DNA of 64,000 nucleotides, from positions 544,001-608,000 of the forward strand of contig OZ245777.1 of the NCBI GenBank assembly GCA_965227775.1, read 5' to 3'. Numbering within the stretch: position 1 is the stretch's first letter; the number at the start of each line of letters is the position of its first letter. The position numbers and the translations under genes were made by a program. Positions 18,416-27,528 of this stretch are shown in pieces. The notes below the pieces were generated by a model. It made no database searches, was not told where the DNA came from, and worked only from the letters and a program-made list of their open reading frames with translations. This stretch comes from Phycisphaerales bacterium (GTDB lineage Bacteria > Planctomycetota > Phycisphaerae > Phycisphaerales > UBA1924).

Positions 18416-19081
18416 ATGAGCACCATCCCACAGAGCTACCCCGCCGCCATCGACTGGACCATCGACCACCTGGCGAATTGGCCCAACGACCCGACCGAGA
18501 TCGGCCTGGACGCCGCCCGTGTGCTCGAGCTGACCCAGCTCAAGGACGTGGCCGCCGCCGCGCTGGCCAACGCCCGCCAGCTCGACGACGACAAGAAGGC
18601 CGCCTTCGAGGCGTACAACAACGCCGCCAAGGCCATGCGCGACTACGCCAGCCAGTCGGTTGGCATCATCCGCAGCTTCGCCAAGGCCAGCGACGACCCG
18701 TCGGCCGTCTACAGCCTGGCGCAGATCCCCGCGCCGGCCGAGCCGAGCCCGGCGCCGGCGCCCGGCGTGCCGTTCGGCTTCAACGTCAACCTGCTGCAGG
18801 ACGGCGCGATCGAGCTGAGCTTCGAGTGCGACAACGGCGGCGAGGGCGGCGTGAGCTACGAGGTGCGCCGCCGCGACGGCACCGGCCAGACGGCGCCGTT
18901 CAACTTCGTCCTCAACGCGACCGAGCGCCGCTTCGTCGACGACACCATTCCGCCGGGGACCCCCACCGTCACGTATCGCATCGTCGCCTTCCGCACGACC
19001 GGCCGCGGCAACCCGGCCGTGTTCCTGGTCAGCTTCGGCGCGGGCAACTCGGCCGAGGTGATCTCGACCGAGGCGGCCTGA
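18416..19081 (+). CDS. Hypothetical protein: helical N-domain, Pro linker, fibronectin-III-like C-domain
   Basis: Very strong GC3 bias; PAPAEPSPAPAPG linker; YEVRRR...FVDDTIPPG...YRIVA beta-sandwich pattern. Confidence 0.7.
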   Translation: MSTIPQSYPAAIDWTIDHLANWPNDPTEIGLDAARVLELTQLKDVAAAALANARQLDDDKKAAFEAYNNAAKAMRDYASQSVGIIRSFAKASDDPSAVYSLAQIPAPAEPSPAPAPGVPFGFNVNLLQDGAIELSFECDNGGEGGVSYEVRRRDGTGQTAPFNFVLNATERRFVDDTIPPGTPTVTYRIVAFRTTGRGNPAVFLVSFGAGNSAEVISTEAA

Positions 19082-19109
19082 AGCCGAGGTTGTTTTCTCC
19101 GCCCCGAGC

Positions 19110-19152
19110 CACCGCGGCGGGCCGTGCGTTCCCCGGCCCGCGGCGGTGCTTT
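19110..19152 (+). terminator. GC-rich hairpin, probable terminator
   Basis: CACCGCGGCGGGCCG...CGGCCCGCGGCGGTG followed by CTTT. Confidence 0.45.
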
Positions 19153-19230
19153 CGTGCGCGCACGGCGCTTGCGCGGCACGAGGCCCGGCCGCTAGCATGC
19201 CCAGCGAGGAACACAGGAAGGAACACCGCC

Positions 19231-19695
19231 ATGCACCCAATCCTCATCCGCCGCACGCTCACGATCATGCTCGCGCCACTTGCCCTGCTGGCCGCCTGCA
19301 CGACGACGAACACGGCCGGCGACGCCCCGCGCGTGGAGTACCTCGAGATCGTGACGCCGCAGGCCGACGCGACCTGCAGCGTCCTGGCCGAGATCCGCGG
19401 CGTCGAGTTCGGCGAGCCGATTGCCGAGCTGGGCGGGGCGCGGCTCGCACCCCTTGTTGAGGGTGGGGCCGGCGGCGGGAGCATCGCCGTTCGCGGGCCA
19501 CTGCGCCCAGACGAGGCGCCGGTCGTGCGGCCGTACCTGCTGGTCGACGACCTCGACGCGGCCGTCGCCGCCGCGCGCGAGGCAGGCGCCGAGATCGCCA
19601 TCGAGCGCATGCCCATCCCCGGCCGGGGCGCCATCGCGATCTACATCCTCGGCGGCATCGAGCACGGGCTGTGGGAGGCGCAAGACGAAGGCTGA
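19231..19695 (+). CDS. VOC/glyoxalase-like lipoprotein
   Basis: Lipobox LAAC; VEYLEIVTP and PYLLVDDLDAAVAAAREAGAEI...PGRG motifs. Confidence 0.8.
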   Translation: MHPILIRRTLTIMLAPLALLAACTTTNTAGDAPRVEYLEIVTPQADATCSVLAEIRGVEFGEPIAELGGARLAPLVEGGAGGGSIAVRGPLRPDEAPVVRPYLLVDDLDAAVAAAREAGAEIAIERMPIPGRGAIAIYILGGIEHGLWEAQDEG

Positions 19696-19716
19696 CACCT
19701 TCGACGCGCGTTGTCC

Positions 19717-20424
19717 TTACGGATCTACGGGCACTGGGCGCGCACCGTGCGCCTGGCCGGCCAGCCCACACTCCGGGCACGCCTCGAGCCCGGCGAGCTC
19801 GTACCCGCAACCGACGCACCGACCGCGCTGGCGCCGAAGCGCGCGGCGCACACGCGTGAAGAGCCACACGAGCAGGAACGCGCTCAGCCCGTAGACCGCG
19901 ACGTTGCCGATCAGGCCCCACCACAGCGGGCGGATGGGGATGAAGATATCGCGAGCGGGCGCGGCCATCGGGATGCGGATGATGCCATGCCAGACGTCCG
20001 TGGGCGGGCCGCCATCGAACAGCGAGCCGGCCTTAACGTGCCACCCGCACACCGAGCGGAAGGGGAAGCCTGACCACCATACCTCGTACCGGCCGTCTGG
20101 CTGCGCGAGCAGCATCGACTCGAGCCGCTCGGGCATGCCGATCTGTCCGGGGGATGACACGCGGTACCCCCCCACGATGGCGACGTACCGCATGGGCTCG
20201 AAGTCCGGGTGGCCCGGTACGACAACATCGACCCACGCTCTTGCCGACCGCTGGGAGAACGGAACGCTGGGGTACGGGTCCGACTCCTCAAACGGCGATG
20301 CCGCGAGCACGGTGACCGCTGACACCAGCACGCCAACCAAGGCATACACGGCGACGAGCTGCGCCAGCCGTGCCGGCCAACCACGGCGCGACAGATCTCC
20401 AGCGTGCCGTCGGCGCTCGGACAT
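19717..20424 (-). CDS. Membrane protein with C-terminal Zn ribbon (GFP...PLWWG family)
   Basis: TM; SGFPFRS; IRPLWWGLIGNVAVYG; RRQRGRCVGCGYELAGLEACPECG. Confidence 0.75.
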   Translation of the reverse strand: MSERRRHAGDLSRRGWPARLAQLVAVYALVGVLVSAVTVLAASPFEESDPYPSVPFSQRSARAWVDVVVPGHPDFEPMRYVAIVGGYRVSSPGQIGMPERLESMLLAQPDGRYEVWWSGFPFRSVCGWHVKAGSLFDGGPPTDVWHGIIRIPMAAPARDIFIPIRPLWWGLIGNVAVYGLSAFLLVWLFTRVRRALRRQRGRCVGCGYELAGLEACPECGLAGQAHGARPVPVDP

Positions 20425-20427
20425 CGC

Positions 20428-21066
20428 TCACTCCAACGCCTTCTTGCCCCACGGCAGATCGAACCGGTCCCGCGTGGTGCAATAGCTCGGCCCACCCATA
20501 CGCCCGAACGCGGCGAGCTTCGAGGCATCGGCGTGGTGGCGCTCGTTCACGAGCCCCTCCATCGCGTGCACGCGGACGACCTCGCCCAGCACGAGATTCC
20601 CGCTCGAGGGCACGCCGGGGTTCGTGCGCACGACCTGATGCGTGACGCACTCGAACGCCGCCGGGCATTCTGCCACGCGCGGCGGCTTCACGACGCTGCT
20701 GGCGATCGGCGTCAGCCCCGACAGATCGAACTCGCTCTGGCCGTGCGGCAGGGGCTCGGCGCACGCGGCCATCTGGCGAGCGATGGCTTCGGTCACGACG
20801 TTGACGACGAACTCGCCCGTGCCGCCCTCAGACTCCGGCAGGCAGTTGCACAGCGTGTCCTTGTCTTCGCCCGCCTCATCGGCAGCCGGGCAGAACGCGA
20901 GCATCATCGGCTCGCTCCCCACACCGCAGAAGAAGCTGAAGGGCGCCAGGTTCGTCATGCCATCGCGTGAGATGGTGGAGACGAACGCGATCGGGCGGGG
21001 CACGATGAGGCCAATGAGCAGCTTGTAGCGATCGCTCGCGGCGAGGTCTTGCGGTGTGAACTCCAT
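20428..21066 (-). CDS. Flavin reductase family protein
   Basis: VPRPIAFVST, NLAPFSFF, KDTL, GEFVVN and RMGGPSY motifs. Confidence 0.9.
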   Translation of the reverse strand: MEFTPQDLAASDRYKLLIGLIVPRPIAFVSTISRDGMTNLAPFSFFCGVGSEPMMLAFCPAADEAGEDKDTLCNCLPESEGGTGEFVVNVVTEAIARQMAACAEPLPHGQSEFDLSGLTPIASSVVKPPRVAECPAAFECVTHQVVRTNPGVPSSGNLVLGEVVRVHAMEGLVNERHHADASKLAAFGRMGGPSYCTTRDRFDLPWGKKALE

Positions 21067-21117
21067 GCCGCGAGCGTACGCCGGGTTGCGGATGCCAACC
21101 GGGCCACCAACTGGGCC

Positions 21118-22416
21118 TCAGCGCCGGCGGCGGCGGGGCGTGTTGTTGTTGCCATCCTGCTCGCGATCCTCACGGCTCGACTCTGCCGTCTTGGCGGTGC
21201 TCGTGACGTCGAAGAGGATCATCTGCTCGGCCCGGCTGGGCTCGGCCGGCGTGGCGAAGATGCCCCAGAAGCCCGGCGAGTTGTACGCCTTGACCGTCAG
21301 CGGCGGGTGCACGTGGTGAGCGAAGGGCGCCCAGTAGCGGGTGTCGTCGATAGTGCCAAAGCCGTCCCAGGACTTGCGGAGCACGTCGATGTCGGAGATA
21401 TCCGGCGCACGGCTGGACGAGCTCATCATGCCGTTGAGGTCGACGGGGATCCAGGTCGTCCGCCCGTTTTCAACAAGCGCGAACTCGACCCAGGCGATCA
21501 TCTCTCCCTCGCGATCGTTGCGCTGCGTCAGCACGTCCTCGTCGTCGGCCCGGGCATCGGCGATGATGCCGATGACCATGCGCGCCGGCAGGCCCGCTCG
21601 CCGCATCGCGTACACGAGCAGCGCGCACGTGTCGAACTGGTTGCCGCGGCGTCGCGAGAACGTCGTCGGCACGCCGTTGACCTCGATGCCCTCGATCTCG
21701 CCCGTGCGCGCGGTGTTCAGGCCATCGCCCGAGCGCGAGCGCACGTGGGCCCAGACCGCGCCCGTGAGATACTTCGCGACCAGGTACGGCGGCACGTTCT
21801 TCGGATCGGTGCCCAGGCGCTTGATGACGTTGTCCATCGATCCGGCAACGCGATCGAGCCCGCGATACTCCTCACCATCGAGGCCGAGTTCGATCCCGAC
21901 CTGGGGGTCGAGGGCGCTGAGCGCGTCCTCGGGCCAGTCGCCGCTGGGCCACTCGACCGCGATGGCGCGATCGTCATCGACCCTGACGTCGTAGGACGTG
22001 ATGCCGATCTCGGTGACGACCTCGATGTCGCGGGCCGTGCCCCCCGCGATCGCAAAGCCAAGGTACCGCGAGCCGGCGTGCTCGTTGTCCAAGCGTCTGA
22101 ACGGGTCGGTGCTCGCGGGGATCGCATCTCGGTCGTTGACGCGCACCTTCATATCGACGCGGTTCTCGTGCACGCGGTGCATGCTCGTGCGATTCAGCAC
22201 CGGCACCACCACGGTCGCCTGCTCGAACTCCCAGTTATCGCGCGAGGCGCCGCGTTGCTGCTCGACGCTGCCGAAATCTTGCCAGGCGCGGATGTTGACG
22301 CGAAAGCGGATCGTCCAGTCGCGGCTCTCGCCCTGGCGCAGCACGCCCTGGGCCAGCACGCTGCTGGCGACGGTCATGCCGGCAACCGCGGCAACGAAGC
22401 GGATCGATGAGAACAT
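21118..22416 (-). CDS. Secreted transglutaminase-like domain protein (degenerate catalytic motifs)
   Basis: Signal peptide; RGNQFDTCALLVYAMRRAGLPARMVIG and MIAWVEF...WIPVD motifs. Confidence 0.7.
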   Translation of the reverse strand: MFSSIRFVAAVAGMTVASSVLAQGVLRQGESRDWTIRFRVNIRAWQDFGSVEQQRGASRDNWEFEQATVVVPVLNRTSMHRVHENRVDMKVRVNDRDAIPASTDPFRRLDNEHAGSRYLGFAIAGGTARDIEVVTEIGITSYDVRVDDDRAIAVEWPSGDWPEDALSALDPQVGIELGLDGEEYRGLDRVAGSMDNVIKRLGTDPKNVPPYLVAKYLTGAVWAHVRSRSGDGLNTARTGEIEGIEVNGVPTTFSRRRGNQFDTCALLVYAMRRAGLPARMVIGIIADARADDEDVLTQRNDREGEMIAWVEFALVENGRTTWIPVDLNGMMSSSSRAPDISDIDVLRKSWDGFGTIDDTRYWAPFAHHVHPPLTVKAYNSPGFWGIFATPAEPSRAEQMILFDVTSTAKTAESSREDREQDGNNNTPRRRRR

Positions 22417-22646
22417 GGAAGGGGCCCCCTTCTATTGCCCGACGTGTTGCGTGCCAGGCGATGGGCGATCGGGCGGGGCGGCGTCCGAGCGCCGCGCGAC
22501 CAAACACTGTACGGTCGGCCCCAAGCCGGGTTGCGGCTGGGCCCTTCCCACTCGCATGCCCCGCTCACATCCCGTGCGTGGCCCATACGATTCGAACGCA
22601 GCCCAAAAACGGGCCAATCCGTCCCGCAGCCCTTCCAGGAGCCCCC

Positions 22647-24113
22647 ATGACCGCATCGAGCACGATGACCGCTTCCAAGACCCGAACCGAGAAGGACTCC
22701 ATGGGCACGATGGAGGTGCCCGATGGCGTGCTCTACGGCGCCAGCACACAGCGGGCCGTGCTGAACTTCCCGATCAGCGGACGCCCGGTGCCCATGGCGA
22801 TCGTCCGGGCCTACGGCATGCTCAAGGCCGCGTGTGCGCGCGCCAACGCGGAGCTGGGCCAAGTGGACAACGATCGCGCGAGCGCTATCGAACGCGCCTG
22901 CGAGGCAATCACGAGCGGGCTGAAGGAGCATGGCGGGCTCGAGCGTCACTTCCCGGTCGACATCTTCCAGACCGGAAGCGGCACCAGCACCAACATGAAC
23001 GCCAACGAGGTAATCGCCAACCTCGTGTGCCTCGAGCGCGGTGCTCCCATCGGCAGCTCGAAGGACCAGGCCTACCTCGACGCCGGCGGCGTGCACCCCA
23101 ACGACCACGCGAACTACGGGCAATCGTCGAACGACACCTTCCCCACCGCCATGCACGTCGCCGCGGCGGTCGCGATCAAGAACGACCTTGTGCCCGCGCT
23201 CGACCGCCTCGCCGGCGCGCTCGAAGCCAAGGCCAAGGCGTGGGATGGCGTCGTCAAGATCGGCCGAACACACTTGCAGGACGCAACGCCCATCCGCCTG
23301 GGCCAGGAGTTCAGCGGATACGCGCGGCAGGTCCGCCAGGGCATCTCGCGTCTCGAGCGCGCACTCGAGACGCTCGCCGAGTTGCCACTCGGTGGCACCG
23401 CCGTCGGCACGGGCATCAACACGCACACCCGATTCGGCTCACTCGTCGCCAAGGAGCTGAGCAAGGCAACCGGATGCAGCTTCCGCGAAGCTGAGAACCA
23501 CTTCGAGGCCCAGCACGCCAAGGACGCGTTCGTCGAGACGTCCGGCCATTTGCGCACGATCGCGGTCAGCATGAGCAAGATCGCCAATGACACGCGCTGG
23601 CTGGGCAGCGGCCCGCGCTGCGGCATCGGCGAGTTGAAGCTTCCCGCCGTGCAGCCTGGCTCGAGCATCATGCCCGGCAAGGTGAACCCGGTGATCTGCG
23701 AGGCTGTCATGATGGTCTGCTGCCAGGTGGTGGGCAACGACGCGGCCGTCGCGATGGGCGGGCTGGGCGGCGTCGGCAGCCTGCTCGACCTCAACGTGGC
23801 GATGCCGATGATGGCCGCCAACGTGCTCGACTCGATCGAGCTGCTGGCCAACGGCAGCGACGTGTTCCGCGAGAAGCTCGTTGATGGGCTCGAGCCGGAC
23901 CAGGAACGCTGCGCGGCGCTGATCGAGGGCAGCCTGGCCATGTGCACGAGCCTCGCGCCGGTCATCGGCTATGACCAGGCCGCAGCCATCGCCAAGGAGG
24001 CCTTCGCCAGTGGCAAGACCGTGCGGCAGATCGCCACCGAGAAGAACGTGCTGCCCCAGGACGAACTCGACAAGCTGCTGGACGCGCGGAGCATGACCGA
24101 GCCGGAGGGCTAA
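22647..24113 (+). CDS. fumC: Class II fumarate hydratase
   Basis: RTEKDSMG, QTGSGTSTNMNANEVIAN, SSNDTFPTAMH, GRTHLQDATP and GSSIMPGKVNP motifs; GGAG before ATG 22647. Confidence 0.95.
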   Translation: MTASSTMTASKTRTEKDSMGTMEVPDGVLYGASTQRAVLNFPISGRPVPMAIVRAYGMLKAACARANAELGQVDNDRASAIERACEAITSGLKEHGGLERHFPVDIFQTGSGTSTNMNANEVIANLVCLERGAPIGSSKDQAYLDAGGVHPNDHANYGQSSNDTFPTAMHVAAAVAIKNDLVPALDRLAGALEAKAKAWDGVVKIGRTHLQDATPIRLGQEFSGYARQVRQGISRLERALETLAELPLGGTAVGTGINTHTRFGSLVAKELSKATGCSFREAENHFEAQHAKDAFVETSGHLRTIAVSMSKIANDTRWLGSGPRCGIGELKLPAVQPGSSIMPGKVNPVICEAVMMVCCQVVGNDAAVAMGGLGGVGSLLDLNVAMPMMAANVLDSIELLANGSDVFREKLVDGLEPDQERCAALIEGSLAMCTSLAPVIGYDQAAAIAKEAFASGKTVRQIATEKNVLPQDELDKLLDARSMTEPEG

Positions 24114-24164
24114 GGCATCGAGCGCACGGCCCCGTCGACGCTGACCCGGCTGGACTACGCGTGC

Positions 24165-24962
24165 ATGCCGTCGGCGGTGTACGCCGCAGGCGTCTCGGCG
24201 GGCACGATCGCGATGGCGGGCGGGGTTGTCGTGGGCACGCAGCTGCTCGCAATCGCGCTCATCACGTGCATCGCATGGATGGCGCACCTGCTCGATCGAG
24301 CAAAACCGCTCGCGAGATGGCACGACCCGGCCGACCGCATGGCCGACGCTGCGCGCGACGCGTGGGTGGTCCGTCGGCGACGCTGGCTGAACGCGTCCGC
24401 ACTCGCATCGGGCGCCGCAGCGTGTGGGCTCGCGCTCGTCATCGAACCGTGGCTGATCGTGCTGGCTCCCGTCGGCGCCGCAGCGGTCATTACCTACGGA
24501 GCGCGGAACAGCAATAGCCGTCGCATACGGCCCAAGGACGTGCTCATCATCAAGAACGCGCTGACCGGGCTGGCATACGCCACGCTCGTCGGGTGCGTGC
24601 TTTGGGCGGTGCTGCCCGAGCGTATTGGCCTCTGGATGTCGCTCGCGGTGATCGCCCTGCTCGTCGCGGCGGACGCCATGCTTAGCGACATCGACGACAC
24701 GCCCGCCGACGCGACCTTTGGCACGCGCACGGTCTCGGTGCTCGCCGGGCGGCGATGGGCGAGCGGCATCGGACTCGCCCTCCACAGCGTCGCCGTTGTG
24801 CTCTGGATGGTTCTCGGAACCGGCTCGGGCGAGGCCTTTGCATACGGGACGCCACTGACGGCCGCCGCCATCGTGCTGTTCCCGACGCTCCGCAGGGCGA
24901 TCGACCTCCGAGCGGGGGTACTCGGGGCCATTGCGCTCGGGTGGCTTGTTCTGCGCTCGTAA
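24165..24962 (+). CDS. UbiA prenyltransferase-like membrane protein
   Basis: Multiple TMs; Asp-rich LSDIDDTPADATFGTRT; KDVLIIKN. Confidence 0.65.
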   Translation: MPSAVYAAGVSAGTIAMAGGVVVGTQLLAIALITCIAWMAHLLDRAKPLARWHDPADRMADAARDAWVVRRRRWLNASALASGAAACGLALVIEPWLIVLAPVGAAAVITYGARNSNSRRIRPKDVLIIKNALTGLAYATLVGCVLWAVLPERIGLWMSLAVIALLVAADAMLSDIDDTPADATFGTRTVSVLAGRRWASGIGLALHSVAVVLWMVLGTGSGEAFAYGTPLTAAAIVLFPTLRRAIDLRAGVLGAIALGWLVLRS

Positions 24963-25007
24963 ACAAGTGCCTGCGAATCCGAGTATAGTGATTACTAGCA
25001 AAGTCCC

Positions 25008-26480
25008 ATGCCTGCCCGAAGACGGACCATCTCGACCGCCCTCTGCGCCCTCTTGGCGGTGCTGGTAGCCGGCTGCGCGAGCGATTTGCGGCCGATCCAG
25101 CAAACCTTCCGGCAGGGTGGCTTCGCCGAGGCGGCCGACGACATCCGCGCGTACGCCGGGCGGCACGACGGCGGCACGCCCCAGACCGTCATCGCCCACA
25201 TCGAGCACGGTTCGATGGCGCGGATGGTCGGGCGGTTCGCCGAGAGCGATCGAGCGTTCGCGATGGCCGAGGCCCGGATGGCGCAGCTCGACGAACGCCC
25301 GGGCATCAGCGCGGCCGAGCGCCTGTCGGTCATGGCTCGCACGCCAGATCGCATCGCCTATGAAGGCTTCTTCTACGACCGCCAGTTCGTGGCCGCGTAT
25401 CGGGCGCTAAACGCGATGGCGATGGGCAACACGGAAGACGCGCGGCAGCACTTCGTGCGGGCCGACCGCTGGCAGACCTACGCCATCGCGAAGAACCGCG
25501 AGCGGGCCGAACGCGTGCGCGAGGAGCAGGCGGCCGCACGGCGCCAGTTCGGCTCGTTCGATCGCGTCGCCGCCGATGCGCGCCTGGACCAGGCGACGCG
25601 AGACAGGTACGGCGACCTCTCCCAATACGAGGCCTACGCCGAGTTTGCCAACCCGTATGTGGACATGCTGCGCGCCGTGTACCTCATAGGTGTCGCCGAG
25701 AGCGCGAGTGACTACGACGTGGCGCGCAACCTGCTCCGGCGCGTCGCGGGCATGGCGCCCGACAACGCCTACGTGCAGCAAGACCTCGACCTGGCCGACA
25801 GACTTGCACAGGGAGAGATCGATCGGCCGGATCTTGTCTACGTCTTTTTTGAGACAGGGCTGGCGCCACGCCGGGAGCAGACGAAGATCTCGGTGCCGAC
25901 GTTCCTGTTCACCGACGTGGTCCAGATCGTGCCCATTGCGGTGCCGTACATCGTGTTCGACGGCAACTACGTGCCATCGCTGCAGGCCAGCACGCCCGAG
26001 GGCACGCAGCAGTCGTCCCTGCTTGCGAGCGTCGATCGCATCGTGGCGGCGGAGTTTGCTGCCCAGCTGCCGGGCCTGGAAACACGCATGATCGCAGCTG
26101 CGGCGTTCAAGGTCGGCGTGCAAGCGGGGCTGTATGCAGCCACGCGCCGTTCCGACCCGATCATCCGCATCTTGACCATGATCGGCGGCGCGATCTGGGC
26201 GGCATCCACGAATGAGGCCGACCTGCGAACGTGGGCGACCCTGCCCAAGCACGTGGAGTATGTCCGGCTCGATGCGCCATCGGATGGTCGTGTTTCGCTC
26301 GACGCGGGCGGACGCCGCTACTCGGTTGCGGTCGAGCCCGAGGGCATCACCCTGATCACGGTCCGCTCGGTACGGCCGGGCGCATCGGTGCTCATCACCA
26401 CCACCAAGCTCGAGCCCGAACCCCGGACGCTCGAACCACTGGAGACCCAGTCAACCCCTGGAAGGGAGCCAATGCCATGA
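25008..26480 (+). CDS. COG3014-like TPR lipoprotein
   Basis: Lipobox VAGC; YEGFFYDR, VFFETGLAP and EADLRTWATLP motifs; first gene of the YcfL/LpoB-like run. Confidence 0.75.
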   Translation: MPARRRTISTALCALLAVLVAGCASDLRPIQQTFRQGGFAEAADDIRAYAGRHDGGTPQTVIAHIEHGSMARMVGRFAESDRAFAMAEARMAQLDERPGISAAERLSVMARTPDRIAYEGFFYDRQFVAAYRALNAMAMGNTEDARQHFVRADRWQTYAIAKNRERAERVREEQAAARRQFGSFDRVAADARLDQATRDRYGDLSQYEAYAEFANPYVDMLRAVYLIGVAESASDYDVARNLLRRVAGMAPDNAYVQQDLDLADRLAQGEIDRPDLVYVFFETGLAPRREQTKISVPTFLFTDVVQIVPIAVPYIVFDGNYVPSLQASTPEGTQQSSLLASVDRIVAAEFAAQLPGLETRMIAAAAFKVGVQAGLYAATRRSDPIIRILTMIGGAIWAASTNEADLRTWATLPKHVEYVRLDAPSDGRVSLDAGGRRYSVAVEPEGITLITVRSVRPGASVLITTTKLEPEPRTLEPLETQSTPGREPMP

Positions 26481-26920
26481 CAACGAACCTGTCCATGAAC
26501 CGAGCCCTGCTCGCGGCGTGCCTCGTCGGTGCGCTGCTGGCCTCGGGCTGCGCACGCTGGCAGCCGCGCGTGAACACGACGCAGGAGGCCGAGCGCGAGG
26601 GCAAGCCTCAGCAGATCGAGGACGCCCGACTGATCTGGGACAAGGACCTGGCCAAGGCCGTGCAACTCATCGGCCTGATCGAGGGCACCGCCCCGAATGG
26701 GTTCAAGAAGGTCGAGGCCGAGCTGTTCAACGCGACGCGGCAGCGGATGGCGATCCGCTATCGGTTCGAGTGGTTCGATGCCGAGGGATTCGCCGTAGCG
26801 GCGCCCATGGACAGCTTCCGCGATCGTGCGCTGCTGTCGGGCGAACGCACGCGCATCACTGCCGTCGCGCCCAACGACCAGGCGGTCGACTTCGAGCTCG
26901 AGATCATCGGCGCCCCGTAA
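26477..26920 (+). CDS. YcfL/DUF1425-like lipoprotein
   Basis: Lipobox ASGC; IRYRFEWFDAEGF and VAPNDQAVDF motifs; ATGA overlap with the upstream gene. Confidence 0.8.
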   Translation: MTTNLSMNRALLAACLVGALLASGCARWQPRVNTTQEAEREGKPQQIEDARLIWDKDLAKAVQLIGLIEGTAPNGFKKVEAELFNATRQRMAIRYRFEWFDAEGFAVAAPMDSFRDRALLSGERTRITAVAPNDQAVDFELEIIGAP

Positions 26921-26947
26921 GGACTCCACCGAGGAAAGGACACAACC

Positions 26948-27496
26948 ATGCACAGCAAGATACTCATCGCACTCGCGGGCATTGCCGCCGTCTCGATCCT
27001 GCCCGCCTGCCGGACCGACGCCTTCGGCCCGCGCGAGCAGGCGCGCGGCACCGAGGTGACCACTCACGGGCTCAACGTGCAGGACATCGAGCGGGTAGCC
27101 GAGGAGCTGAGCCAGAGTCTGATCCGCTCGAACTACATCACGGCGGACGGCGACCGGGCAGCGATCGCGGTCAACCGGTTCGTGAACAACTCGAGCCAGA
27201 TCAACATCGATCGCGACCGCGTGACCAACATCATCATGCAGACGTTCATCAACAGCGGACAGGCGGTGGGTTACACGCCGGCCGACTTCGAGACGCTGGT
27301 GACGCGCGGCCGGCTGCCCGAGCGCTCGTACATCCTGGACACCAAGATCTACGAGGACGTCGCCGAGATCGGTCGCGACTTGCAGGTGTCGTACATCTTC
27401 CAGATGCAGCTCCTCGACTACACGGGCGACGGGGTGAACCCGATCATCTGGGTCGAAGAGGAGCGCATGACGACCGAGAGCCGCAGGCGGCGGTAG
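26948..27496 (+). CDS. LpoB-like lipoprotein (penicillin-binding protein activator family)
   Basis: Lipobox LPAC; GLNVQDIERVAEELSQSL...FVNNSS.INIDRDRVT...YIFQMQLLD..IIW; follows the YcfL-like gene. Confidence 0.65.
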   Translation: MHSKILIALAGIAAVSILPACRTDAFGPREQARGTEVTTHGLNVQDIERVAEELSQSLIRSNYITADGDRAAIAVNRFVNNSSQINIDRDRVTNIIMQTFINSGQAVGYTPADFETLVTRGRLPERSYILDTKIYEDVAEIGRDLQVSYIFQMQLLDYTGDGVNPIIWVEEERMTTESRRRR

Positions 27497-27528
27497 GCTT
27501 GCCTGGTTCGCAACCGGGGAGCTGACGC

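Noticed and set aside
18016..19230. 559-aa ORF 18016-19695
   Set aside because: Only the last 154 aa (VOC lipoprotein) look real. The rest overlaps the 18416 gene out of frame.
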